DNA of 64,000 nucleotides from Puia sp. (GTDB lineage Bacteria > Bacteroidota > Bacteroidia > Chitinophagales > Chitinophagaceae). Below, piece by piece: positions 44,546 through 53,009 of this stretch. How positions within the stretch are numbered: the stretch's first letter is position 1; every line of letters begins with the position of its first letter. The notes beneath the pieces are model-generated. The model was not told the DNA's origin. It did not search any database and saw only the letters and a list, made by a program, of their open reading frames with translations. The stretch is from the NCBI RefSeq assembly GCF_035546395.1, contig NZ_DASZXR010000001.1, positions 34,624 through 98,623 on the forward strand, given 5' to 3'. The translations under genes were made by a program, and so were the position numbers.

Positions 44546-45547
44546 ATGCAAACAACACCCACCGCCGCAACCAACACGCCCCAGGGCACAATGGCCGCAA
44601 CAATGATCCCCGATAACGCCCATAAGGATATCCCCGGCAACCCCTCCACCGCCACCAGCAGCAAGCTCAATCTCCGCCGGACACTGGACGGCCCACCCCT
44701 CAAAGTTCTCTCAGAAGCCGACTGGCAATTCTGGCAACACAACGGCTATGTCATCGTCAAAGGCGCCGTTCCCCGTGAGCAGGTGGCCGAAACGGCCCGT
44801 TTCCTCTGGGAGTTCGAAGAAAAGGATCCTGACAACGCCGACACCTGGTATACCGCGCCCCGCGCCGAAATGCAGATGAAAGAGCTGACGAACACCGGGA
44901 TGGTCGAGGTTTACAACAACCAGAAACTCTGGAACAACCGCCAGATGCCCCGCGTCCACGCCGCCTTCGCCGACATCTGGGGCACCGAAAAGCTCTGGGT
45001 CACCATCGACCGCGCCAATCTCAACTTCCCCCTCCGCCCGGGCTTCGAATACAAAGGTTTTATCCACTGGGACTACGACCCCGAAACAAAACCGCAGAAC
45101 GTTCAGGGGGTCCTGGCCCTCGCCGATCAGACGGACGAGAACATGGGCGGATTCCAATGCATCCCCGAACTCTTCCGCACCTATGATACCTGGAAGCTGA
45201 CACAGCCCGTCGATCGCGATCACTTCAAACCCGATACAACCGGATTCGATCTCGTCAAGGTGAAACTGGAAGCAGGCGACCTGCTCATCTTCAACAGCTC
45301 CCAACCCCACGGCATCCGGCCCAATCTCAGCAAGGACAAGGTCCGCATCGCCCAGTACATCTCTATGATGCCCGCCGAAGAGGACAACGAACCCCTCCGT
45401 CAATGGCGCATCCGCTCCTGGCGCGACCGGATCGCCCCCGAAGGCTATGCCTTCCCTGGCGACCCCCGTAATTGGGAACAAACCCGCTACGGCACCGCCG
45501 AACTCAGCCCCCTTGGCCGCAAACTCCTCGGACTCGACAGATGGTAG
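44546..45547 (+). CDS. Phytanoyl-CoA dioxygenase (PhyH)-family Fe(II)/2-oxoglutarate oxygenase
   Basis: WQHNGYVIVKGA, FIHWD (HxD), VQGVLALAD, AGDLLIFNSSQPHG (distal His), RIAQYISM. Start uncertain; ATG 44546 chosen. Confidence 0.88.
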   Translation: MQTTPTAATNTPQGTMAATMIPDNAHKDIPGNPSTATSSKLNLRRTLDGPPLKVLSEADWQFWQHNGYVIVKGAVPREQVAETARFLWEFEEKDPDNADTWYTAPRAEMQMKELTNTGMVEVYNNQKLWNNRQMPRVHAAFADIWGTEKLWVTIDRANLNFPLRPGFEYKGFIHWDYDPETKPQNVQGVLALADQTDENMGGFQCIPELFRTYDTWKLTQPVDRDHFKPDTTGFDLVKVKLEAGDLLIFNSSQPHGIRPNLSKDKVRIAQYISMMPAEEDNEPLRQWRIRSWRDRIAPEGYAFPGDPRNWEQTRYGTAELSPLGRKLLGLDRW

Positions 45548-45585
45548 AACGCCACGGGCGTTCTGGCCGAAGGCCCATCATTAAC
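45548..45585 (+). repeat. Composite intergenic hairpin element (REP-like), copy 1
   Basis: AACGCC-ACG-GGCGTT hairpin, then GGCCGAAGGCC-CATCATTAAC; 17 nt identical to 63340-63356. Confidence 0.5.
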
Positions 45586-45638
45586 GCTTCACAAACGGGA
45601 AAGCCTTGGCTTTCCGAAAAAGTTAACAATTAGCCGGG

Positions 45639-45646
45639 TATCTTTG
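45639..45646 (+). promoter_or_regulatory. Bacteroidota -7 element
   Basis: TATCTTTG, 10 nt upstream of the ATG at 45657. Confidence 0.55.
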
Positions 45647-45656
45647 TATTTCAAAT

Positions 45657-46544
45657 ATGAAGATACCCAGCCTCATATTCACCATAGCCATCGCGATAGC
45701 GACAACATCCTGTGGCTCTTCCCATAAAGCCACCACGGCAGCCGATCCCGCGAATGACAACTGGCAGCGCATGCCGCTGACCATCGACGGCAAAGACAAT
45801 GATTGGATAAAACCCCTCCCGAACGCGATCGCAAAGGAGCACCTCACTTATTCCGTCACCAACGACGACCAATTCCTTTATATCCTGATGGAAACAAAAA
45901 GCCCGCAGGAACAACAAAAGATCATCCAGGGAGGAATGACCGTCTGGGTCAATACAAAAGCAGATAAAAGCGAGGCCGGCGCCGTCGGTGTCGGCTACCC
46001 CCTCGACTCGCGCATCAACCACAACCAGCAACTGATGGAAGAGGCCCAACCCGAGAGGTACAAGAACAACAAACCCATCACCCTCGAGGATAAAAAAGCA
46101 TACGCCCTCTACGGCTTTTCAAAGGACAGCACCGGCAGCTATGACTATGCCGATGACAACAACCCGCAAGGGGTGAAGATGCGCATGGATTATAACAACG
46201 AGGGCGACCTGGTCTATGAAGCGGCCATCCCCCTGCAGACCCTATATCCCAATCATAATCCTTCGGCTTCTTATGCCGCCAACAGCGTCGCCATAGGCAT
46301 TTATCTCGAAGGACTTCCTCCCGATGCCAGCGTCCCCCGCGGGGGTGGCGGCGGACCCGATATCGGCGTGGGTGGCGGACTTGGCTTCGGCTCCTTTGGC
46401 AGCGGCGGCGGGATCGGCATCTCCATCGGCACCGGCTCCCTCATCGGAGGTGGCGGCGGCAGAAGACAGCTCTTCAAACCCTCCTACAACTGGCAGGTCG
46501 TCCAGCTGGCCCGCGGCCACTCAGCCGGCGCAAAGCCCTTCTAA
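45657..46544 (+). CDS. Hypothetical lipoprotein with Gly-rich C-terminal segment
   Basis: Lipobox TTSC; IDGKDNDW; VYEAAIPL; GGGGGPDIGVGGGLGFGSFGSGGGIGISIG. Confidence 0.8.
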   Translation: MKIPSLIFTIAIAIATTSCGSSHKATTAADPANDNWQRMPLTIDGKDNDWIKPLPNAIAKEHLTYSVTNDDQFLYILMETKSPQEQQKIIQGGMTVWVNTKADKSEAGAVGVGYPLDSRINHNQQLMEEAQPERYKNNKPITLEDKKAYALYGFSKDSTGSYDYADDNNPQGVKMRMDYNNEGDLVYEAAIPLQTLYPNHNPSASYAANSVAIGIYLEGLPPDASVPRGGGGGPDIGVGGGLGFGSFGSGGGIGISIGTGSLIGGGGGRRQLFKPSYNWQVVQLARGHSAGAKPF

Positions 46545-46601
46545 ATGGCCCAATGATTGTAATGAACACAAGTACCTATTGTTCAACAACAATCTACATG
46601 T

Positions 46602-47417
46602 ATGAAAAAAGCCATTCACCTGGCGGCGCTCGCCGCCGTAACCGCTTTATTTATAGTTAGTTGCGTCCCGACTCGCCGTTGGAAAGCCTCCGAATCCGCC
46701 CTGGCCGCCGCCCGCGCCGACAGCGCCCGGCTCGCCCAGCAGGTCGTCCAGCACGAGAATACCATTGGGCAACTAAGACAACAAATTGGGGACCTGAATA
46801 AAAAGATCGACGATCTCACCAACCAGTCCGGTCTCACCCAGAACCAGCTCAATCAAAGCAAAGAACAGATCGCCGAACAACGCCGTCGCCTGGCCCAGCT
46901 CCAGGCACTGATGGATCAGCAGAAACGCGCGATCCAGGACATCCGTAAAAAGATGAGCGATGCCCTCGTCGGCTTCAACTCGAAAGACCTCACCGTCTCC
47001 ATAAAGAACGGCAAGGTCTATGTCAGTCTCTCCGAAAATCTCCTCTTCCCCTCCGGCAGCGCCACTGTTAATCCCAAAGGAAAAGAAGCCCTCGGCAAGC
47101 TGGCCGAAGTGCTCAACACCAACCCCGATATCACCGTCGATATCGAAGGCCACACCGATTCCGTTCCAATCCGCGGCCGTTACCAGGACAACTGGGCGCT
47201 GAGCGTAGCCCGCAGTACGGCCATCGTCCGCATCCTCACGACCGACTACCAGGTAGACCCCATCCGCGTGATAGCCTCGGGACATAGCCAATACGACCCC
47301 GTCCAAACGAATAGCACACCCGAAGGCCGCGCCCTCAACCGCCGAACCGAGATCATCCTCTCACCCAAGCTCGACGAGCTGTATAAACTGCTCGAATCGG
47401 GACCAACGCCGGAGTAG
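46602..47417 (+). CDS. OmpA/MotB C-terminal domain lipoprotein with coiled coil
   Basis: Lipobox IVSC, heptad Q/L-rich region, LLFPSGS, IEGHTD, NWALSVARS, NRRTEIIL. Confidence 0.9.
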   Translation: MKKAIHLAALAAVTALFIVSCVPTRRWKASESALAAARADSARLAQQVVQHENTIGQLRQQIGDLNKKIDDLTNQSGLTQNQLNQSKEQIAEQRRRLAQLQALMDQQKRAIQDIRKKMSDALVGFNSKDLTVSIKNGKVYVSLSENLLFPSGSATVNPKGKEALGKLAEVLNTNPDITVDIEGHTDSVPIRGRYQDNWALSVARSTAIVRILTTDYQVDPIRVIASGHSQYDPVQTNSTPEGRALNRRTEIILSPKLDELYKLLESGPTPE

Positions 47418-47420
47418 AAA

Positions 47421-47447
47421 AAGGAGCCCCGCATCGCGGGGCTCCTT
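47421..47447 (+). terminator. Terminator hairpin overlapping the -7 element of the next gene
   Basis: AAGGAGCCCCGC-ATC-GCGGGGCTCCTT; TATATTTG at 47447-47454 precedes the ATG at 47459. Confidence 0.75.
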
Positions 47448-47458
47448 ATATTTGCAGA

Positions 47459-47935
47459 ATGAGCAACCTATTCGTCACTACGAGTCTCCACACCTGGGAA
47501 CAATCCATCAAAAGAGCCACCGGCTTCTTCGACAACTGCGGCGATGAAGAGCTGCTCCAACCTATTGTCCCGGGCAAAAACCGCGTCATTTACCTTCTCG
47601 GCCACCTGGCCGCCGTACACGACCGGATGTTCCCCCTGCTGGGCCTCGGCGACCGCCTCTATCCCCATCTCGACGATCTGTTCATCACCAACCCGGATAA
47701 CCCCGAGGCAGCCTATCCCGCCGTACACGAGCTGCGCCGCGCCTGGGCCGCCGTCAATACCGGCCTCACCGAAAAATTTCGCAGCTGGTCACCCGAAGAA
47801 TGGCTGCAGAAACATACCGCCGTCTCCGACGCCGACTTCGCAAAGGAACCACACCGCAACCGGCTCTCCGTCGTGCTCAATCGCGCCGGCCACGTACAAT
47901 ATCATTTGGGTCAGCTGGTTTGGTACAAAAAATAG
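47459..47935 (+). CDS. DinB/YfiT-family protein
   Basis: NRVIYLLGHLAAVHD and HVQYHLGQL His motifs. Confidence 0.85.
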   Translation: MSNLFVTTSLHTWEQSIKRATGFFDNCGDEELLQPIVPGKNRVIYLLGHLAAVHDRMFPLLGLGDRLYPHLDDLFITNPDNPEAAYPAVHELRRAWAAVNTGLTEKFRSWSPEEWLQKHTAVSDADFAKEPHRNRLSVVLNRAGHVQYHLGQLVWYKK

Positions 47936-47969
47936 GCATAAATTTGCACCGATAACCAACTGAGTATAC

Positions 47970-48779
47970 ATGTCTTTTTTCCAGGATAAAGTAGTCGTCA
48001 TCACCGGTGGCAGCGATGGCATCGGTAAAGCCTTGATCGAAGCCCTGATCCCCCTCGGCGCAAAGGTCGCCACCTGCGGCCGCAGCCACGATAAGATCTA
48101 CAAACTACAAGTCGAATACGCCCAGGTGATGCTCCATGCCGTCGCCTGCGATATCAGCATCGAAGAAGAATGCCGCCGGTTCATCGATTCGACCATCGAG
48201 ACGTTCGGCCGTATCGATATCCTCATCAACAACGCCGGGATCTCCATGCGGGCCCTCTTCACCGACTGCGACACCAAGGTCACCCGCAAGGTCATGGAGA
48301 TAAACTTCCTTGGCGCAGTCTACTGCACCAAGTACGCCCTCCCGTCCATCCTCGAAAACAAAGGCACCATCGTAGGTGTGTCCTCCACCGCCGGCTACCG
48401 AGGTCTGCCCGGCCGAAGCGCTTACTCGGCATCGAAATTCGCACTGCAGGGCTGGCTGGAATCCCTCCGCACCGAAATGCTCCACAGCGGCGTTCATGTG
48501 ATGTGGGTCTGCCCGGGATTCACGGCCTCCAATATACGCCTGGCCGCCCTCGATTCCCATGGCGTCGCCCGCGGAGAAACCGTGCTCAACGAAGGTAGCC
48601 TGATGACCGCCGATGAATGCGCTCATCACATCCTCAAAGCCATCCGCCGCCGGAAACGCACCCTGGTGCTCACGCTCCTGGGCAAGGTCACCGTGCTGAT
48701 CAACAAAATGGCGCCCTCCCTCGCTGACAGGCTCACCTATAAACATTATTATAATAAGAAGGGGGAGTTTGTTAAATAA
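47970..48779 (+). CDS. Short-chain dehydrogenase/reductase
   Basis: VVITGGSDGIG, ILINNAGISMR, GVSSTAG, YSASK; TAAATTTG -7 box at 47939-47946. Confidence 0.93.
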   Translation: MSFFQDKVVVITGGSDGIGKALIEALIPLGAKVATCGRSHDKIYKLQVEYAQVMLHAVACDISIEEECRRFIDSTIETFGRIDILINNAGISMRALFTDCDTKVTRKVMEINFLGAVYCTKYALPSILENKGTIVGVSSTAGYRGLPGRSAYSASKFALQGWLESLRTEMLHSGVHVMWVCPGFTASNIRLAALDSHGVARGETVLNEGSLMTADECAHHILKAIRRRKRTLVLTLLGKVTVLINKMAPSLADRLTYKHYYNKKGEFVK

Positions 48780-48784
48780 CCGGC

Positions 48785-49600
48785 ATGGCCTTAATCACCC
48801 TGACATCAGATATCGGCCAAAAAGACTATCTCATTGGGGCTATCAAAGGCCAGCTGTTGCAGCAGGACCCGGGCTTTCAGCTGGTGGACATCTCTCATGA
48901 GCTGTCCCCTTTCAATTACCCACAGGCCGCCTATGTCTGCCGCAACGCGATCCGACATTTCCCGCCCTTTACTTATCACCTCATTTTGGTCAATCTGTTC
49001 GAGAAAAAGCCCGAACAACTCCTGTTCGCCTTCCATAAGGAACAATACCTGCTCTGCGCCGACAATGGTCTGCTCACCATGATCCTGGAAGGCCGGCCCG
49101 AGATGGTCATCGGCCTGCCTCTCGACCGAACGGCCGTCAAAAATACCCTCTACTGCGTTCGCACCATGGGCCAGGCCATCCAACAGCTCATACAGGGCGC
49201 CGGCCTGCTCTCCATCGGTAACCCGGACACCCCGTTCACCGAAAAGAACCACCTCCGCCCGGTCTTCGGCGACAACTGGATCGAAGGCCAGATCATTTTC
49301 ATCGATCATTTCGAGAACGTCATCGTCAATATCACCCGCGAAGAGTTCGAACAGCAACGCCGCGGTCGCGGCTTTCGCATCGTTTTCAAACGCGACGAGA
49401 CGATCGATAAGATAAGCGAGACCTATGCCGATGTCGGGGAAGGCGAAAAGCTGGCCCTCTTCAACTCCGCCGGCTACCTAGAGATCGCCATCCAGAAAGG
49501 CAATGCCGCCGGCCTCTTCGGCCTGCAGGACTTTACCGAGCAATCCCAACACCAGCAGAGTCGGCTTTTTTACCAGACAGTCAAGGTGTTCTTTGAATAG
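48785..49600 (+). CDS. SAM hydrolase/SAM-dependent halogenase superfamily protein (DUF62, SAM_HAT)
   Basis: LITLTSDIG, VDISHEL, CADNGLL, GQIIFIDHFENVIVNI, TYADV..GE.LALFNSAGYLEIA. Confidence 0.88.
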   Translation: MALITLTSDIGQKDYLIGAIKGQLLQQDPGFQLVDISHELSPFNYPQAAYVCRNAIRHFPPFTYHLILVNLFEKKPEQLLFAFHKEQYLLCADNGLLTMILEGRPEMVIGLPLDRTAVKNTLYCVRTMGQAIQQLIQGAGLLSIGNPDTPFTEKNHLRPVFGDNWIEGQIIFIDHFENVIVNITREEFEQQRRGRGFRIVFKRDETIDKISETYADVGEGEKLALFNSAGYLEIAIQKGNAAGLFGLQDFTEQSQHQQSRLFYQTVKVFFE

Positions 49601-49697
49601 CACTGAATAACACAGTTTTAGCAAAAAAAGCTCCCTCATATTCGGAAAATTCCTCTAATTGGCCTTAATTCGTGCCCAAAACGTAGAAACCGCCACC

Positions 49698-52600
49698 ATG
49701 CGCTTCAACAAGATCAACAATATCACCGGATGGATCGTAGGCCTCTTCGCAACAACCGTATATATCATGACCATGGAGGCGACCGGTAGCTTCTGGGATT
49801 GCGGCGAATTCATTTCCAGCTGTTTCAAACTCGAGATCCCCCACCCCCCGGGCGCCCCGCTCTTCGCCCTGATGGGTCGCTTCTTCATCATCCTTTTCGG
49901 CGATAATCCCCATACCGCCGCCCGCGGCGTCAACTTCATGAGCGCCCTGGCCAGCGGCATGTCCATCCTCTTCCTCTTCTGGACCATCACCCACTTCGCC
50001 AGGAAGATCGTAACCAAAGCAACCCCGGCCGCGGAACCCGATAAACAACAGACATTCCTGATAATGGCCGCCGGCGTCGTCGGAGCCATCGCCTACACCT
50101 TCTGCGACTCCTTCTGGTACAGCGCAGTAGAAGGCGAAGTATACGCCTCTTCCGCCTTCTTCACCGCCCTCGTCTTCTGGGCCATCCTGAAATGGGAGCA
50201 CAACGCGGACAAAGCAGGCTCCGATAAATGGATCGTCTTCATCTTCTACATGATGGGCCTGTCCATCGGCGTCCACCTGCTCAACCTCCTGACCATTCCC
50301 GCCATCGTGATGGTCTACTACTTCAAACGCTACCGGCCGACCCTCTGGGGCTCCATCCTCGCCTTCGTCGTCGGCTGCGCCATCACCGGCATCGTCCAGG
50401 TCATCGTCATCCAGTATACCATCAAAGGCGCCGGCTACTTCGACATCTTCTTCGTCAACTCCCTCAGCCTGCCCTTCTTCAGCGGCTTCGGCTTCTATTT
50501 CCTGGCGCTGGCCGCCCTACTCACCTGGGGCCTGCTGTTCAGGCAAGCCACCGTCACCGCCAACCGTATGAGGATATGGCTGATGGCCTTCATCTTCATC
50601 GTCTCCGCCCCCGTGCTCATCGGCTCGGCACACGGCGGCGCCGGCTATATCGTTAAGATCCTGGTGGGCCTGGCCATCGGTTGGGTCGCAGGTTATTTTA
50701 TAAAGAAAGAAGCCCTTCCCTCATTCAAACTGGGGCTCTGGTGCTTTGCCTTCGTCCTCCTCGGCTATTCCACCTACTTCACCACCATGATCCGCAGCAA
50801 TGCGAACCCTCCGGTGGATATGTATAATGTCGATAACCCCTGGAGCCTCGTCGGTTACCTCAGCCGCGAACAATACGGCGACTGGCCCATCGTCTATGGA
50901 CCCGATTTCCAGGACCAGGCGCCCACCATTGATGGCTCGGACAACTACGTCAAAGGAAAGGATAAATATGAAGTGGCCGGCAAGACGGTGATCCAGGACT
51001 GGGGCAACACCCCCTCGGCCCACGTCTTCCCCCGTATGTGGAGCTCCCAGAACGATCGCCACGAGGTCGATACCTACAAGGCTTACGGTGGCGTAGCCGA
51101 AGGCGATAACCCCACCATGGCGAACAATATCCGCTACTTCCTCACCTATCAGAATTGGTGGATGTATGGCCGTTACTTTATGTGGAACTTCTCCGGGAAA
51201 CAGAATGACCTCGAAGGCTTCGGCAACCCCCGCGATGGCAACGCCATCACCGGGATCCCCTTCATCGACAATTTCTTCCTCGGCGACCAAAGCAAGCTGC
51301 CGGATACGATCCACACGAAGAACAAGTCCTACAACAGGATGTATATGCTTCCGCTGATCCTGGGACTCATCGGTCTGATCTTCCAGGCCTATCGCTCCCG
51401 GCACGACTTCGCGATCGCCGCCCTTCTCTTCTTCTTTACCGGCTTCGCCATCGTCATCTACCTCAACCAGGCCGGCCTCCAGCCCCGCGAAAGAGACTAT
51501 GCCTTCGCCGGTTCCGAATATGCCTTCGCGATATGGATCGGCCTCGGGGTCCTCGCCGTGGCGGAAAATCTTACGCGTCGCCGCTGGCTCAAAAAGCCCG
51601 CCCTGGCCAACTATTTCGCTGCCGGTCTTTGCTTTTTGGCCGTACCCGTTCTCATGGGCAGCCAGGAGTGGGATGATCACGACCGCAGCAAAAAGACCCT
51701 GCCCCGCGACCTCGCAAAAGATTATCTCGAATCCTGTCCGCCCAACGCCATCCTCTTCTCCTTCGGCGATAACGATACCTATCCCCTCTGGTACGCCCAG
51801 GAAGTGGAAGGCATCCGGCCTGACGTCCGGGTGATGGTCAACACCCTCCTCGGCTCCGACTGGTATATGAACCAGCTGCGCTATAAGGTCAACGAGAACG
51901 CACCGTGGGACATTATTTTCACGCCCGGGCAGATCGCGGGCGACAAGCGCAACGTAGCCTACTTCACCGACCGCGTTCCCGGCTTCGACCAAAGCAAATA
52001 TTACGATCTCTATACCATGCTCAAGGACGTCGTGGCCAGCGACGATCCGCGCTTTACCACCGCCGCTGACAACGGCCAGACCTTCAACCTCGTGCCCGTG
52101 CATAAATTCTCGCTCCCCGTCGACGCACAGGCGGCCCGCAATATCGGCACGATCCATCCCGGCGACAGCGCCCTCTCCGAGCTGCAGCTTGACATTCCCA
52201 AGAACCGCAACTACCTGCTCAAAAGTGACCTGGCCATGCTTTCGGTCATCGCGGGCAGCAAATGGAAACGTCCCATCTGCTTCACCTCCCCCCAAGACCT
52301 CCAAAGCCTCGGGCTGGACAAATATGTCCGCCTCCGCGGCATGGTCTACCAGCTCGTTCCGCTCGAAGGCAGCCAGGTCGACATCGACGATTCGTATAAA
52401 GCGATCATGGAGAAGTTCGCTTACGGCAACGCCGGCACGCCCGGTGTCTACTATGACGAGGAGAACCGCCGCCATCTCAACAGCATCAAATTCACGCACG
52501 CCCAGGTAGCCATGGGCCTCGCCATGGCCGGAAAGAAGGACTCCGCCCGCCGCGTCCTCGAACAATACGATCGCAACGTCCTCGAGTCGAATATGCCCTA

Positions 52601-52961
52601 CGGCATGACCTCCAACCAGGGCAACCTGCACGACTATTTCTCCTTTGACTTCCTGCAGGCCTGCTATATGGCCGGCGACACCACGCTGGCCCATAAGGTC
52701 GCCGCCTCGTTGAAAAAAGATCTGACCCAGCAGATGCGCTACTACGCATCCTTCAGCGAATCACCGATGACCGACGAGCAACTCGCCGTCAACGCCCAGA
52801 TGCTTATGCAGGGCAAGGGTGGCAATCTCTCGGATATCCAGGCAAGATATTTTGCCAACGATATCCTCTCCACCTATCGGATGATCCTGCAGATGGCCGA
52901 TCTCGAAAAACAGTACAAAGCGGGCCCGCCATCCCCCTCGGAAATAAATCCAAAGCCTTAA
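49698..52961 (+). CDS. DUF2723/TMEM260-like membrane glycosyltransferase, paralog 1
   Basis: Start trimmed to MRFNKINN. FWDCGEF, HPPGAP, SAVEGEVYA, GVHLLNLL, PRERDYAF, GDNDTYPLWY. Confidence 0.9.
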   Translation: MRFNKINNITGWIVGLFATTVYIMTMEATGSFWDCGEFISSCFKLEIPHPPGAPLFALMGRFFIILFGDNPHTAARGVNFMSALASGMSILFLFWTITHFARKIVTKATPAAEPDKQQTFLIMAAGVVGAIAYTFCDSFWYSAVEGEVYASSAFFTALVFWAILKWEHNADKAGSDKWIVFIFYMMGLSIGVHLLNLLTIPAIVMVYYFKRYRPTLWGSILAFVVGCAITGIVQVIVIQYTIKGAGYFDIFFVNSLSLPFFSGFGFYFLALAALLTWGLLFRQATVTANRMRIWLMAFIFIVSAPVLIGSAHGGAGYIVKILVGLAIGWVAGYFIKKEALPSFKLGLWCFAFVLLGYSTYFTTMIRSNANPPVDMYNVDNPWSLVGYLSREQYGDWPIVYGPDFQDQAPTIDGSDNYVKGKDKYEVAGKTVIQDWGNTPSAHVFPRMWSSQNDRHEVDTYKAYGGVAEGDNPTMANNIRYFLTYQNWWMYGRYFMWNFSGKQNDLEGFGNPRDGNAITGIPFIDNFFLGDQSKLPDTIHTKNKSYNRMYMLPLILGLIGLIFQAYRSRHDFAIAALLFFFTGFAIVIYLNQAGLQPRERDYAFAGSEYAFAIWIGLGVLAVAENLTRRRWLKKPALANYFAAGLCFLAVPVLMGSQEWDDHDRSKKTLPRDLAKDYLESCPPNAILFSFGDNDTYPLWYAQEVEGIRPDVRVMVNTLLGSDWYMNQLRYKVNENAPWDIIFTPGQIAGDKRNVAYFTDRVPGFDQSKYYDLYTMLKDVVASDDPRFTTAADNGQTFNLVPVHKFSLPVDAQAARNIGTIHPGDSALSELQLDIPKNRNYLLKSDLAMLSVIAGSKWKRPICFTSPQDLQSLGLDKYVRLRGMVYQLVPLEGSQVDIDDSYKAIMEKFAYGNAGTPGVYYDEENRRHLNSIKFTHAQVAMGLAMAGKKDSARRVLEQYDRNVLESNMPYGMTSNQGNLHDYFSFDFLQACYMAGDTTLAHKVAASLKKDLTQQMRYYASFSESPMTDEQLAVNAQMLMQGKGGNLSDIQARYFANDILSTYRMILQMADLEKQYKAGPPSPSEINPKP

Positions 52962-53009
52962 TTTCGGGAAAATTTTAAACACCCAAGTACCGCGAAAAAT
53001 TCGAATACA

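Noticed and set aside
46602-47417. Flagellar motor MotB
   Set aside because: It has a lipobox rather than the MotB TM helix with the conserved Asp, and there are no motA or flagellar genes.
48785-49600. Fluorinase/chlorinase and halometabolite cluster
   Set aside because: No biosynthetic genes nearby; DUF62 homologs are widespread and the fluorinase-specific features are not evident.
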